DNA of 64,000 nucleotides, from the NCBI GenBank assembly GCA_963768835.1, contig CAVYJB010000002.1, forward strand, positions 459,082 to 523,081, written 5' to 3'. This stretch comes from an uncultured bacterium. Lineage in GTDB: Bacteria > Patescibacteriota > Minisyncoccia > UBA6257 > GWB1-50-10. The first letter of the stretch is position 1. The number at the start of each line of letters is the position of its first letter. Below the pieces are notes generated by a model, which saw only the letters and a program-made list of their open reading frames with translations, was not told the DNA's origin and searched no databases. Position numbers and translations under genes: made by a program. This document shows positions 1-10,546 of this stretch, piece after piece.

Positions 1-1
1 G

Positions 2-160
2 GAACTTCTAGGCCCCGACCAGCGCACGGTACTCTATCTTCGTTACAACGACCATTTCACCCTCCAGGAGATCGCTGATTCCTTAGGGAAGCCGCTCGAT
101 ACGATAAAAAGTCAGCATCGGCGTGGGCTCCTCAAGCTCCGGAAGCTTCTAACGCGCTAA
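2..160 (+). CDS. ECF sigma-70 factor, C-terminal (region 4) fragment, truncated by window edge
   Basis: Hand translation, frame 2: ELLGPDQRTVLYLRYNDHFTLQEIADSLGKPLDTIKSQHRRGLLKLRKLLTR*, a sigma region 4 HTH pattern; followed by an anti-sigma-like membrane gene. Confidence 0.85.
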   Translation, partial: ELLGPDQRTVLYLRYNDHFTLQEIADSLGKPLDTIKSQHRRGLLKLRKLLTR

Positions 161-203
161 AGGCAAGCGCACCCTTTGACCCCACTAAACGGTATTAAGA
201 TAC

Positions 204-635
204 ATGGACGAGTTGCGGCCTGATTTTGAACAACTCTTTGCCCACGCGAGCCATCAAGAACCATCCCGCGAACTTCGGGGGAGAATTCTTGCACAGATTC
301 ACGCGGCCGAGCGCCGACAGATGCGAACCCACACGGTTCTCTGGGGCGTTCTGGCGCTCGGGGCGGCGGTTGCCCTAGTGCCGGCTTTTCGTGAGCTTCA
401 AGCGGAGATGGCGGGGTCCGGATTCCAGCAGTTCTTTTCTTTGCTCTTCTCGGACGCTGGGACCGTCCTTACATATTGGAAAGATTTCGGTTTCTCTCTT
501 CTCGAATCTCTCCCCACCCTCGGTGTCGCCGCAGTTCTCGCCTCCGTTCTCACGCTTCTTGCTTCCATACGTTTCCTTGTGAATGATATTCGTCGCATGG
601 GGACGCCCGTGCTTCTCGCGCGAGTTCGCCGCTAG
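204..635 (+). CDS. Putative anti-sigma membrane protein
   Basis: Directly after the ECF sigma; N-terminal EPSRELRGRIL helix, then hydrophobic segments. Confidence 0.6.
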   Translation: MDELRPDFEQLFAHASHQEPSRELRGRILAQIHAAERRQMRTHTVLWGVLALGAAVALVPAFRELQAEMAGSGFQQFFSLLFSDAGTVLTYWKDFGFSLLESLPTLGVAAVLASVLTLLASIRFLVNDIRRMGTPVLLARVRR

Positions 636-665
636 CACGATTTTTAAACACCGTATTGTTATCGT

Positions 666-1175
666 ATGGACCTCAAACCTATCGTGCAATCCAAAACGTT
701 CCAGCGGATTCTTGTAATCCTCGCGAGCCTTATCGTACTCCTTCTCGTCTTCATGGGAGGGGAAGCTGTAGGGTTTCGGAAAGCGAGCTATTCCTATCAG
801 TGGGGTGAGCGTTACTTCCAAAGCTTCGTGGGCCCTCGTCCCGGTTTCCCAGGTGATCTTGGCCGAGATGGGTTTCTTGGTGATCATGGCACGGCGGGAA
901 CGGTACTTTCTGTGAACGCGGCGAGTTCCACGCTTGCCGTGAACGATGTCGGGGGTACCGAGAGAGAGGTTCTTGTTTCCTCCTCGACATTCCTTCGTAT
1001 GGGCCGCGATACTATTTCTCTTTCAGATCTCAAAACGAACGAGCGGGTGGTCATCGTCGGCACCCCTGACTCGGTTGGTCGGATTGAGGCGCAGCTTATT
1101 CGGGTTCTCCCGCCAGGCGGTATGATGCCGCCGTCTGGACCTTCGGCGCCCCCTGCATCTTCTTCTATACAATGA
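666..1175 (+). CDS. Membrane-anchored protein with OB-like (DUF5666-type) domain
   Basis: N-terminal TM, then HGTAGTVLSV...SDLKTNERVVIVGTPDSVGRIEAQLIRV. Confidence 0.65.
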   Translation: MDLKPIVQSKTFQRILVILASLIVLLLVFMGGEAVGFRKASYSYQWGERYFQSFVGPRPGFPGDLGRDGFLGDHGTAGTVLSVNAASSTLAVNDVGGTEREVLVSSSTFLRMGRDTISLSDLKTNERVVIVGTPDSVGRIEAQLIRVLPPGGMMPPSGPSAPPASSSIQ

Positions 1176-2914
1176 AAAAACTCTTCAAAAGCAAGCGGTT
1201 CTGGGTCGTAGCGATTATCGTCGTTCTCGTCGTAGGCTACTTTGTATATCGGTCTCTCACGGGGAGCGTAACCACGGCGACCCAATATGTGACGGCGAAG
1301 GCTGCGAATGGCACCCTTGTGGTTTCTGTTGCCGGGAGCGGACAGGTCGCCGCACTGAACCAGACAAATATTCAGCCGCAGATATCTGGACAGGTTCTTC
1401 ACATCCCCGTCGTGAACAATCAATCCGTGAAAGCGGGGGATCTTCTCGTTGAGCTCGACCCAACGAACGATCAGCGTTCGGTCCGGAACGCACAGACGAG
1501 CCTGGAGAACGCACAGCTTTCTCTCGCGAGTCTTCTCGCACCCCCCGCGACGTCGACGCTTCTCCAGTCGCAGCAGTCCGTGGTGCAGGCACAGCAGTCT
1601 CTAGTATCTGACCAAAACACTCTTGCGACGGACTATGCGAACGCGTACACCGACATCTCGAACGCTTTTATTGATTTGCCTGGCGTGATGACAAGTCTGA
1701 ACAACGTGCTTTACAGTGTCATTATAAACAAAGCGCAGGGCCAGGCAGATGCGGATGCGTATACAAACCTCGTGAGTACCTACAACCCGACCGTTGTCAC
1801 GTATAACCAGAGTGCTATCGCCGGCTATCAGACAGCACTTACGGCGTACAACCAGAGTCTCGCTGACTTTAAAGCGACTACGATCAATTCAAGCACCTCG
1901 ACTGTTGAAACCATGCTGGCAGAAACCTATGCCACACTGAAAACCGTCTCGGTCGCCAATGGCAACGTGAAGAATCTCCTGGATGTTGTGGCGAACAGTC
2001 TCCAGCAGATACAACAGAAAGCCCCGGCTCAGCTCTCAATCGACGAGAACACGCTTCAGACTATTATCACGACGACAAACTCTCACCTCGCGACCATCCT
2101 TCAGACCTTAAACACTCTCCAAAATGACAAGCAGAACATTATAACTGCTGGACTTTCCACGCAGCAGACGGCCGCATCCCTCGCGCAGCTCCAAGCGGGC
2201 GCGACACAGCTTCAGATACAGACTCAGCAGATTTCTGTCACGCAGGCAGAAAATGCTCTTTCGGACGCGCAGCAGAACCTCGCGAACGACTATGTGCGGG
2301 CGCCTTTTAGCGGAATTGTCACGAGCATCACTGCCAAGGTGGACGAACCGGTCGGGACCGGGTCGACTCTGGCCGTGCTTCTCACAGATCAGCAGACCGC
2401 CGAGGCGACGCTGAACGAGGTGGATGCCGTAAATGTGATGGTGGGAGATCCTGCCACGATTACTTTTGCTGCCCTTCCGAACGTTTCCTTGACCGGCAAG
2501 GTTTCGCAGGTAGACACGTTGGGCACCGTCTCGCAGGGGGTAGTGACTTACAATGTGCAGGTGACCTTGGATGTCACGAACCCGCAGGTGAAACCGGGCA
2601 TGAGCGACAATGTCTCGATCGTGACGAAGGTGGAACCTGATGTGCTCCTTGTGCCGAATGCGGCCGTGACGACGAGGCAGGGTGTCTCAACGGTCCAGGT
2701 CATGGGAGCAAACGGAGTGCCTACCACTGCGACTGTAACGGTGGGCGATTCTAATTCAACCATGACCGTAATCACAGCAGGTCTGAACGAGGGCGATGCA
2801 GTGGTCACGCGGACCACGACCGCGGCAAAGACAACCACGGCAGCAACGACAGGGGGTCTAGGGGGTATCCGTATCCCCGGCCTTACAGGTGGCGGGGGCG
2901 CGCGTGGCGGCTAG
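1172..2914 (+). CDS. Efflux periplasmic adaptor subunit (MacA/YknX-like)
   Basis: TM anchor, lipoyl-like halves (VKAGDLLVELD...VRAPFSGIV), long coiled coil, VKPGMS and LLVPNAAV motifs; upstream of ABC ATPase and permease. Confidence 0.9.
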   Translation: MKKLFKSKRFWVVAIIVVLVVGYFVYRSLTGSVTTATQYVTAKAANGTLVVSVAGSGQVAALNQTNIQPQISGQVLHIPVVNNQSVKAGDLLVELDPTNDQRSVRNAQTSLENAQLSLASLLAPPATSTLLQSQQSVVQAQQSLVSDQNTLATDYANAYTDISNAFIDLPGVMTSLNNVLYSVIINKAQGQADADAYTNLVSTYNPTVVTYNQSAIAGYQTALTAYNQSLADFKATTINSSTSTVETMLAETYATLKTVSVANGNVKNLLDVVANSLQQIQQKAPAQLSIDENTLQTIITTTNSHLATILQTLNTLQNDKQNIITAGLSTQQTAASLAQLQAGATQLQIQTQQISVTQAENALSDAQQNLANDYVRAPFSGIVTSITAKVDEPVGTGSTLAVLLTDQQTAEATLNEVDAVNVMVGDPATITFAALPNVSLTGKVSQVDTLGTVSQGVVTYNVQVTLDVTNPQVKPGMSDNVSIVTKVEPDVLLVPNAAVTTRQGVSTVQVMGANGVPTTATVTVGDSNSTMTVITAGLNEGDAVVTRTTTAAKTTTAATTGGLGGIRIPGLTGGGGARGG

Positions 2915-2918
2915 CATC

Positions 2919-3632
2919 ATGATAGAGGTTCGCCACGTTTCCAAAATCTATCAGATTGGTGATATTGAGACTCGGGCCCTGGATGATATCTCCTTCACCA
3001 TAAAGGATGGAGACTTCGTTTCCATCATGGGGCCGTCTGGTTCCGGGAAATCAACAACGATGCATATTCTTGGTGCGCTCGATACGCCGACTTCCGGGCA
3101 GTATCTCCTAGACGGCCGAGACGTCTCAAAACTCTCAGATGATGAGCTCGCAGACATACGGAACGAGAAGATTGGGTTTGTTTTCCAACAGTTCAATCTC
3201 TTGCCTCGTGCCACGGTAATCCGGAATGTAATGCTCCCCATGATCTACGCTGGTGTCCCTCGGGGCGAGCGTGAGGAGCGCGCAAAGGAAGCGCTTAAAT
3301 CCGCGGCGCTTCCAGAGGCCTGGTGGGATCACCACTCGAACCAGATCTCCGGCGGTCAGATGCAGCGGGTGGCCATCGCGCGAGCTCTCGTCAACAACCC
3401 TTCGCTCATTCTTGCCGACGAGCCGACCGGCAACCTAGATTCGAAAACCGGGGAGATTGTTCTCGGAACGTTCCAGCGGTTGCACAAAGCAGGCCGCACC
3501 ATCGTTCTTATCACGCACGAACGCTATGTCGCGGAACACGCGGAGCGTATTATCCATATCCGTGACGGTAAGATTGCGGAGGACGGCTCAAATCACAGTC
3601 AGCGTGTCATCCACACAGTCCACGAAGACTAA
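2919..3632 (+). CDS. ABC transporter ATP-binding protein (MacB/LolD/YknY family)
   Basis: Walker A GPSGSGKST, signature ISGGQMQRVAIARAL, ILADEPTGNLD; ATG 2919 just after the adaptor stop. Confidence 0.95.
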   Translation: MIEVRHVSKIYQIGDIETRALDDISFTIKDGDFVSIMGPSGSGKSTTMHILGALDTPTSGQYLLDGRDVSKLSDDELADIRNEKIGFVFQQFNLLPRATVIRNVMLPMIYAGVPRGEREERAKEALKSAALPEAWWDHHSNQISGGQMQRVAIARALVNNPSLILADEPTGNLDSKTGEIVLGTFQRLHKAGRTIVLITHERYVAEHAERIIHIRDGKIAEDGSNHSQRVIHTVHED

Positions 3633-3643
3633 CGAACACGACC

Positions 3644-4885
3644 ATGCTATTTTCTGAACTTATTGAGGAAGCTTTCTCCGCTGTCACTGTGAACAAGGTC
3701 CGTTCAGGTCTCACGACCCTCGGCATCGTCATTGGTATTGGGTCTGTCATCGCGATGATTGCGATCGGACAGGGGGCCCAGGGTTCCATTACTGCAAGCA
3801 TACAGGCGATCGGCTCTAATCTCCTGATTGTAACCCCGGGAGCTCAGCGTGGTGTGGGTTTTCAGGTGAGTACAGGGAGAGGTTCGGCTCAGACCTTGAC
3901 CCCCGCAGATTCCGACGCGGTTTCCCAGCTTAACGGTATCGAAGCGATATCTCCGGAAATAAGTGGTCGATATCAGGTGGTATATCTTGGTACCAACACC
4001 AATACTAGTGTTATGGGAACAGTTCCGGCGTATCCCCAGGTGAGGAATCTCCAGATCGATCAAGGAAATTTCATAACGGATACCGATGTGAACAGTTCCA
4101 ACAGGGTAGCTGTCATAGGCCCGACGGTACTTCAGGACCTTTTCGGTTCGGCTTACGCCACGGCGACTCCCGACCAGGCTGTCGGTCAAATCATCAAGAT
4201 CAAAGGAACTGAATTCACTGTCATCGGAGTTACGAAAGCCAAAGGAGGGAGCGGTTTCAATAACCAAGACGACATGATCTACGTCCCTCTTTCGACCGCC
4301 CAACATTTCCTTTTGGGCAACTCAACTTATATAACGGAGTTAGATATTCAGGTGCAAAACCAACAGCAGATGACGAGTGTTCAGAACGCCATCACGAGCC
4401 TTCTCTTGCAACGTCATAATATTTCAGATCCGACGCTAGCGGATTTCAGTGTGCTGAACCAGCAAGACATCGTTTCAGCGGCGTCGAGCGTCACCGGCAC
4501 ATTCACCATCCTTCTCTCGTCCATCGCGGGCATCTCGCTTATCGTGGGCGGTATCGGGATCATGAATATGATGCTTACGACAGTGACCGAGCGGACCCGC
4601 GAGATCGGGCTCCGAAAAGCCATCGGCGCCAAGCGACGCGATGTGAGCACCCAATTCCTCATGGAGTCCATCATGCTTACGTTCCTTGGTGGTGGGGTGG
4701 GGATTGTGCTTGGGTGGGTTCTGTCGCTCCTCGTGACCGCCTTCGCCGGTATCGCGACCAGTGTCGCTCCGTGGTCTATTCTCCTTGCGGTTGGCGTTTC
4801 AGGACTTATCGGCATCGTGTTTGGATACTATCCTGCCCGTCGTGCCGCAGGGTTGAACCCAATCGAGGCACTACGGTACGAGTAG
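3644..4885 (+). CDS. ABC transporter permease (MacB/FtsX/YknZ family)
   Basis: RSGLTTLGIVIG, GGIGIMNMMLTTVTERTREIGLRKAIGA, YPARRAAGLNPIEALRYE. Confidence 0.95.
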   Translation: MLFSELIEEAFSAVTVNKVRSGLTTLGIVIGIGSVIAMIAIGQGAQGSITASIQAIGSNLLIVTPGAQRGVGFQVSTGRGSAQTLTPADSDAVSQLNGIEAISPEISGRYQVVYLGTNTNTSVMGTVPAYPQVRNLQIDQGNFITDTDVNSSNRVAVIGPTVLQDLFGSAYATATPDQAVGQIIKIKGTEFTVIGVTKAKGGSGFNNQDDMIYVPLSTAQHFLLGNSTYITELDIQVQNQQQMTSVQNAITSLLLQRHNISDPTLADFSVLNQQDIVSAASSVTGTFTILLSSIAGISLIVGGIGIMNMMLTTVTERTREIGLRKAIGAKRRDVSTQFLMESIMLTFLGGGVGIVLGWVLSLLVTAFAGIATSVAPWSILLAVGVSGLIGIVFGYYPARRAAGLNPIEALRYE

Positions 4886-4955
4886 CTGCGGAACCGTTCG
4901 TCGGCGGTAACCCCGCGGCTGGTGGATTGTAAAGTCGAAGAATATAATTTTTAAG

Positions 4956-6812
4956 ATGAACAACTATTCCATGTTTCATGTCCGAATCGCCAAATGCAGC
5001 GCGCTCATCATTATCGCAAGCTTTTTTGCGGTTGCGGGATCTGTCGCGTACGCCGCAGGGCCTACGCTTGTAAGTGCCCGCGTCACAGGCTCGAACACTA
5101 TCGTGATCGTATACTCGGAGCCGGTATCAACCGGTATGGGTGATTACACCAACTTTACAGGAGGTATTGGCGGCGCGGCGCTCGTGGCTGTGGGTGGAAG
5201 TGGGACAAACACAATCACACTCACATTCTCGGGGACTCCTTTCTCCGCCGGCTCGAATGGTTATATAAGCATCGGGACAGGAGTCTATGGCATAAGCGAT
5301 AGTACGTACTTCTCCGGGGGGACCTTCTCGGTCACAAACAATCAAACGCCGGTTCTCGCTTCTGTCTCCGCCACCTTTGTGAACGTTGGCAACGCGTTTC
5401 TGGGGATTGGCAGTACGGTCACCCTCAATTTCACTGCGAGTGAGTCGGTGACGAATCCCACGGTGACCATACAAGGGCACACGATTTCGATGAACGGCAA
5501 CGGTGCGGGGCCGTACTCCGTTACTTACACACTCGCGGGCACTGACACCACTGGAGCGCTCACCGCCACGATTGCCTTCACGGATTCAAATGGCAACCAG
5601 GGAAAGTCTACGGTGGATATCGGAGGTGCTAGCGGCTCCACCGCGAGCGTAAATGGCTATCTCAACTCCAACGCCACGACGCCTGGCGCACTCGGTATCG
5701 GAGGTTCCATCACCTTTAACCTGAACCTTTCAACGCCCGAACCGAATGCCCGAGTCACAGGTTCCTACAACGGCGTCCCGCTCGTCTGGTACACGACCAA
5801 CAATGGGACGACCTATACCGCAACTTACGTAGTGACGAGCGGGCAGACTAGCCAGGCCTATCCGCTCCAGATTAGCGGGGTTGTTTTGACAGACCAGTAT
5901 GGAAACACAAGCACTCCTTTCGCGGGCTCCGATGTCGTAAAGACCATCAGCGCGACGGGCGGTTCCACGGGGAGCGTCGGAGGTTACATCACTTCAAACG
6001 CCACGGCACCCGGCGTTCTCACGATTGGGAGCTCCATCACCTTCACGCTCGTTCCTTCGACACCGGCGCCGAATGGCCGAGTCACAGGTTCCTACAACGG
6101 AGTCCCACTCGCGTGGTACTCGACGAACGGCGGTGTCTCCTACTCGGCTACCTATACCGTCGGGAGCGGTCAAGCGAACCAGCCATACCCGCTCCAGATC
6201 ACTGGCGTGATGCTGACCGACCAGTATAACAATAGTATCGGTCCGATGTCCGGTTCCGATATCGTGAAAACCATCAGCACGACCCCCACCAATACCGTCA
6301 TCTATGAAGTAGCCCCAGTACCGTCGGTCACGACGAATCCGAATCCAACCTACGCCTTCAATTCGAGCGAAGCGGGGACCATCCGCTACGGAGGCGACTG
6401 CTGGAGCGCGACCACGGCCGCTGTGACGGGTACGAACACCGTCACCTTCAACACCCTCGCAAACGGATATCACTCGAATTGTACGGTCACTGTCGCCGAT
6501 TCACTGGGGAATATAAGCAACATACTCCCAGTCACTCCCTTCACGGTTCAGGCGCCGTCGACTGTGGTTACGCCTCCTTCCACTTCCTCCGCCTCGACCT
6601 ACCAGTTTATGAATTTCCTAAACCTGGGTTCCAAGGGAACGGACGTGACGCAACTTCAGCAACGGCTTACCGTCGGAGGGTTCTATACTGGACCGATCAC
6701 GGGATATTTCGGTCCCCTCACGAAAGCAGCTGTAAAACGGTATCAGGCTCAGCATGGTCTCTCGCCCGTCGGGTACGTAGGCCCCGGCACGCGAGCGGCG
6801 TTGAATCAGTAA
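4956..6812 (+). CDS. Secreted Ser/Thr/Gly-rich Ig-like repeat protein with C-terminal peptidoglycan-binding domain
   Basis: Signal peptide ending AYA; two ~105-aa internal repeats; C-terminal LNLGSKGTDVTQLQQRL...TGYFGPLTKAAVKRYQ...GYVGPGTRAALN (PG_binding_1 pattern). Confidence 0.85.
   Translation: MNNYSMFHVRIAKCSALIIIASFFAVAGSVAYAAGPTLVSARVTGSNTIVIVYSEPVSTGMGDYTNFTGGIGGAALVAVGGSGTNTITLTFSGTPFSAGSNGYISIGTGVYGISDSTYFSGGTFSVTNNQTPVLASVSATFVNVGNAFLGIGSTVTLNFTASESVTNPTVTIQGHTISMNGNGAGPYSVTYTLAGTDTTGALTATIAFTDSNGNQGKSTVDIGGASGSTASVNGYLNSNATTPGALGIGGSITFNLNLSTPEPNARVTGSYNGVPLVWYTTNNGTTYTATYVVTSGQTSQAYPLQISGVVLTDQYGNTSTPFAGSDVVKTISATGGSTGSVGGYITSNATAPGVLTIGSSITFTLVPSTPAPNGRVTGSYNGVPLAWYSTNGGVSYSATYTVGSGQANQPYPLQITGVMLTDQYNNSIGPMSGSDIVKTISTTPTNTVIYEVAPVPSVTTNPNPTYAFNSSEAGTIRYGGDCWSATTAAVTGTNTVTFNTLANGYHSNCTVTVADSLGNISNILPVTPFTVQAPSTVVTPPSTSSASTYQFMNFLNLGSKGTDVTQLQQRLTVGGFYTGPITGYFGPLTKAAVKRYQAQHGLSPVGYVGPGTRAALNQ
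5654..6280 (+). repeat. Tandem intragenic duplication of a ~105-aa beta-rich domain
   Basis: GYLNSNATTPGALGIGGSITF...DVVKTIS and GYITSNATAPGVLTIGSSITF...DIVKTIS; shared DNA such as gccgagtcacaggttcctacaacgg. Confidence 0.85.
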
Positions 6813-6899
6813 CGAGATCTCTAGCTAACCAAAACATCGAGGGGGGACCGCCGGTCGACGGTGCCCTGATGAAAAGATGGTCGTAAAAATAAAATAACA

Positions 6900-7364
6900 A
6901 TGAAAAACAAAATAATCGTTCCCATTCTAGTAACAGTGGTAGTTGCGGGTGGTATTGGGTTCTATGCGGGGATGCAGGTCGGGAAGGGAGCAGCACCGGC
7001 GAGTGGCGGCTCTGTCAGCTACCAGGGCGGTGGTGGGCAAGGTTTTCAGGGCGGTGCAGGCGGTCCTAGCGGTGCTGGTCGCCGCGGAGGTTTGGCTGGT
7101 GGCATCGTGACCGGCCAAGTTCTCTCCCTGAGCGGGGGGAACCTCACGGTCCAATCACGCAGTGGAAGCTCGCAACTCGTCATTCTCCCAGGTTCAGCTG
7201 CGGTCACGAAGTCGGTGAGCGGCTCGGCGAGTGATATCACGGCTGGAGAGACGGTGATGATCCAAGGAACACCGAACAGTGACGGGAGCATCACAGCCCA
7301 AACGGTCCAGATCCGGCCGACGATGCCGAGTGGCTCGCAGGCGACTTCATCTCAACCCCAGTAG
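6900..7364 (+). CDS. Membrane-anchored Gly-rich protein with OB-like (DUF5666-type) domain
   Basis: TM GGIGFYAGM, Gly-rich linker, GQVLSL...SDITAGETVMIQGTPNSDGSITAQTVQIRP; resembles 666..1175. Confidence 0.7.
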   Translation: MKNKIIVPILVTVVVAGGIGFYAGMQVGKGAAPASGGSVSYQGGGGQGFQGGAGGPSGAGRRGGLAGGIVTGQVLSLSGGNLTVQSRSGSSQLVILPGSAAVTKSVSGSASDITAGETVMIQGTPNSDGSITAQTVQIRPTMPSGSQATSSQPQ

Positions 7365-7376
7365 CAAACGCGCTTT

Positions 7377-8204
7377 ATGGAGCGACCCGCCTCTTCCCTC
7401 ACGATTGTAAGCTTCAATATCTGGGATCTTCCTCTCTGGTTCGTCCGTAAACGGAAGGAGCGGGTCGTCGCGAGTGCCCAGTATTTCCGCGACCTTGGAG
7501 TCGACGTTATTTGCCTCCAAGAATCGTTCGACACAAAACACCGGGCGCTCTTCTACTCAGCACTTACGGGTGCGGGGTACCACATGACCGATCGCCGGCC
7601 GGAAGACCGGCGCGTGCCCCTCGCGCGGCTTGACCGCACGGGGGGTCTCGTTATTTTCTCGAAATTTCCCATCATTGAGAGTTCGTTTATTCCATTTCGT
7701 CGCGCCGTAAATGTTTCCGCTGTGGAATTTTTTAGTCGCAAGGGCGCGCTCTTAGCGACGCTCCGCACGCCAATGGGCAACCTGCGCGTCGTGAACACTC
7801 ACCTCCATATGACGAGCCTTGTTCTCGACCGGCGGGTCCGGCTACATCAACTCTCCTGGATCTTTGACCGGTTACGGGAAGAGGAGCGGATGCCTACGAT
7901 CCTAACCGGCGATTTTAACGAGGATCGGATGCTTGCAGAATCCCACTTTCTGGAACTCCTTGTCCGGGAGGGGTTTTCTGACCCTAAGGAAGGCGTCCTC
8001 GAGCCGTCCTATCGTTCCGAGAACCCTTATGTGAACGGTATCTGGGCAAACCGGACGGAAACGTCGCAGCGTTTGGACTACATTTTCTGCCGCGACCTTG
8101 GGATGCTTGGTTCCAAGGTGGAAGGATATCACGTGCTTCATACGCCGGAGCCCTTGTCGGATCACGATCCTATCCTGCTCGCACTCGTCCCCATTTCCCG
8201 CTAG
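7377..8204 (+). CDS. Endonuclease/exonuclease/phosphatase family protein (sphingomyelinase-like)
   Basis: SFNIW, DVICLQE, NTHL, GDFN, RLDYIF, SDH motifs. Confidence 0.9.
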   Translation: MERPASSLTIVSFNIWDLPLWFVRKRKERVVASAQYFRDLGVDVICLQESFDTKHRALFYSALTGAGYHMTDRRPEDRRVPLARLDRTGGLVIFSKFPIIESSFIPFRRAVNVSAVEFFSRKGALLATLRTPMGNLRVVNTHLHMTSLVLDRRVRLHQLSWIFDRLREEERMPTILTGDFNEDRMLAESHFLELLVREGFSDPKEGVLEPSYRSENPYVNGIWANRTETSQRLDYIFCRDLGMLGSKVEGYHVLHTPEPLSDHDPILLALVPISR

Positions 8205-8230
8205 AATAGAGGGAAGAAACGGACGAACCC

Positions 8231-8863
8231 ATGCCAGCAAGTCTAGCGTCCTACATAACGCAGTACGGATACGTCGCTATCTTCTCGCTCATCTTTCTAC
8301 AGGAACTCGGGGTCCCAAACCCCGTTCCGAATGAGCTCGTTCTCATTTTTAGTGGCTACCTCGCCTCGGCGGGGATTCTAGATTTTTCTTTGGTGCTTCT
8401 CGCAGCCATTGCCGGAGATTTCTTGGGAACGACCATCCTTTTTCTCATTTTCTATCATGGCGGAGAGTACATCTTGAACCATCGACCCCGATGGCTTCCT
8501 TTATCCCGCGAGCGGGTCGAGCGTATGAGCAGCCGGATTTCAAGGCAGGAACGCTTAGGTATCTATCTCGGACGGCTCGTCCCGTACCTTCGTGGGTATA
8601 CATCGGTGGCAGCCGGTCTCATGCAGGTACGTCCCACTGTGTTCCTCACGGCGGTGGCCGTCTCCGCGGTCACCTGGAGTGGTGGTTACGTCGTGGCGGG
8701 GAAACTGATGGGGCCCTATTGGAAACGCGTTGCGGATCAGGTGGGGAACGTAGAAAACGTGCTCGTTATTTTGATAGCCATTATCTGTATCACCCTTCTC
8801 GTACGATATTTCCGTCGACAACGAGCCCGGCGGCGGCCCGAGAGTCCAACTCTTACCCCATGA
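8231..8863 (+). CDS. DedA family membrane protein
   Basis: YGYVAIF...ELGVPNPVPNELVLIFSG, GRLVPYLR...AAG. Confidence 0.9.
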   Translation: MPASLASYITQYGYVAIFSLIFLQELGVPNPVPNELVLIFSGYLASAGILDFSLVLLAAIAGDFLGTTILFLIFYHGGEYILNHRPRWLPLSRERVERMSSRISRQERLGIYLGRLVPYLRGYTSVAAGLMQVRPTVFLTAVAVSAVTWSGGYVVAGKLMGPYWKRVADQVGNVENVLVILIAIICITLLVRYFRRQRARRRPESPTLTP

Positions 8864-9567
8864 CGTTTTCTGTTGTCGTCCCCGCGTATAACGAAGAGGG
8901 GAACGTCGGTGATGCCGTACGCAGCCTTGCGCTTCAAGATTGGGACCGTTCGGATTTTGAGATTATTGTGGTGGATAATAATTCGACGGACCGCACCTCC
9001 GACGCGGCGCGTCTCGCAAAAGCGGACCGCGTGGTCGTGGAGATTGAAAAGGGGACCAATATGGCTCGGAACCGTGGGTACAAAGAGTCCCGCGGGGATA
9101 TCGTGGCATTCCTTGACGCGGACTCCGAACCGCCAGTCGAATGGCTACAGCGCATCGCCCGGGATTTTGCCGATCCCGCGGTCGCGGCTGTTTCCGGTCC
9201 CTATAATTATGGTTTTCAAGGGTTCCGTCGCCTCGCCGAACGATTCTTTACCTATGACGTGTTACGCCTTGTGCCACCTATCCTAAAGTTTCTCTTCGGA
9301 CGGAGGGCTGGGGTTCTAATCGGGGGGAACTTTGCCGTGCGCCGCACGGTCCTGGACGACATCGGGGGTATCCCCCCACTCTCGTTCTGGGGCGATGATG
9401 CGACTTTGGCAATGATGATCGCTCGCCGGTCGGGTAAGGTATTTTTTGACCCCTGGCTCCGCGTGCGGAGCTCCCCGCGGCGGTTTGAGAAGGAAGGATT
9501 TCTGCATCTCCAGTACCTCTACACGAAGGCATATTTCAGAGCATACTTCGCCGTGCCGGGTCGTTAA
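8860..9567 (+). CDS. Glycosyltransferase family 2
   Basis: SVVVPAYNEE, EIIVVDNNSTD, ARNRG, FLDAD; ATG overlaps the DedA stop (ATGA). Confidence 0.9.
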   Translation: MTFSVVVPAYNEEGNVGDAVRSLALQDWDRSDFEIIVVDNNSTDRTSDAARLAKADRVVVEIEKGTNMARNRGYKESRGDIVAFLDADSEPPVEWLQRIARDFADPAVAAVSGPYNYGFQGFRRLAERFFTYDVLRLVPPILKFLFGRRAGVLIGGNFAVRRTVLDDIGGIPPLSFWGDDATLAMMIARRSGKVFFDPWLRVRSSPRRFEKEGFLHLQYLYTKAYFRAYFAVPGR

Positions 9568-9627
9568 CCTCTTGCGCTCCGCCCCTCGCTCAAGGTAGGG
9601 TGGAGATACGATGTGCGAGCATGGAAC

Positions 9628-10446
9628 ATGAAACGCGAAACCCTCACTTTAATTCTTCTCATTGCCACAGTGGTGCTCTCTGCGGCAACCCTAACCTTTG
9701 TTCTCCATGGTGCGAGCTGGGTCGCGCTCTCAGGGAGCAGTGAGGACTGCAACGTTCTTGGTGTGAAACTCCACGGAAGTCTCTACACCTACGGCGTGCC
9801 CACGGACCCCTTGAGTACGAGCACTGCCTCCCAAGATGCGACGGCTTCCGATGATCTCACATCCTCTATCACGGACGGTTCCACCGATTCTAGTATTAAA
9901 GCGATCATCATGGAGGTAGATTCGGGAGGAGGCCAGCCGGTGGCTGGCGAGGAGATCGCAAACGCCCTCAAGAATGTATCAAAGCCTACTGTGGCGTTCA
10001 TTCGGAGCGCCGGAGATTCCGCGGCGTACATGGCCGCAACTGGCGCGAAAACAATCTTCGCCTCGAAATTCTCAGATGTGGGGAGTATCGGCGTCACTCA
10101 GTCTTATTCCGATACGCATATCCAGGACCAGCAAAACGGTATTACCTGGAACCAGCTCTCTTCGGGGCCTTTCAAGGATACAGGGGACACCGAAAAAGCG
10201 CTCACGCCAGCTGAACGAACTCTTCTCATGCGGGACGTTAACATCGCATACCAAGATTTTGTGGCCCTCGTCGCGGAGAATCGGCATCTCGATGTACAAA
10301 AAGTGACCTCGCTCGCAGACGGCTCTTCTATGCTTGGTGAAGCGGCGCTTCAGAACGGCCTCATCGACCGCATTGGCGGTCTCCCAGAAGTGGAAAGTTA
10401 TCTTAAGGACCAAATCGGCACGGACCCCATTGTTTGCTGGCGGTAA
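9628..10446 (+). CDS. sppA: Signal peptide peptidase SppA (S49)
   Basis: VDSGGG, SAAY, GSIGV, SGPFKD, FVALVAENR, GLIDRIG. Confidence 0.88.
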   Translation: MKRETLTLILLIATVVLSAATLTFVLHGASWVALSGSSEDCNVLGVKLHGSLYTYGVPTDPLSTSTASQDATASDDLTSSITDGSTDSSIKAIIMEVDSGGGQPVAGEEIANALKNVSKPTVAFIRSAGDSAAYMAATGAKTIFASKFSDVGSIGVTQSYSDTHIQDQQNGITWNQLSSGPFKDTGDTEKALTPAERTLLMRDVNIAYQDFVALVAENRHLDVQKVTSLADGSSMLGEAALQNGLIDRIGGLPEVESYLKDQIGTDPIVCWR

Positions 10447-10546
10447 GGCGTACCAGGCGCCTGGACATTTTTCCTCGATCGCCGGATTCGTGTATAATAG
10501 TCAGGCAAAGGTCGACCACGACCCTATCACTTCAGAATAGAAATCT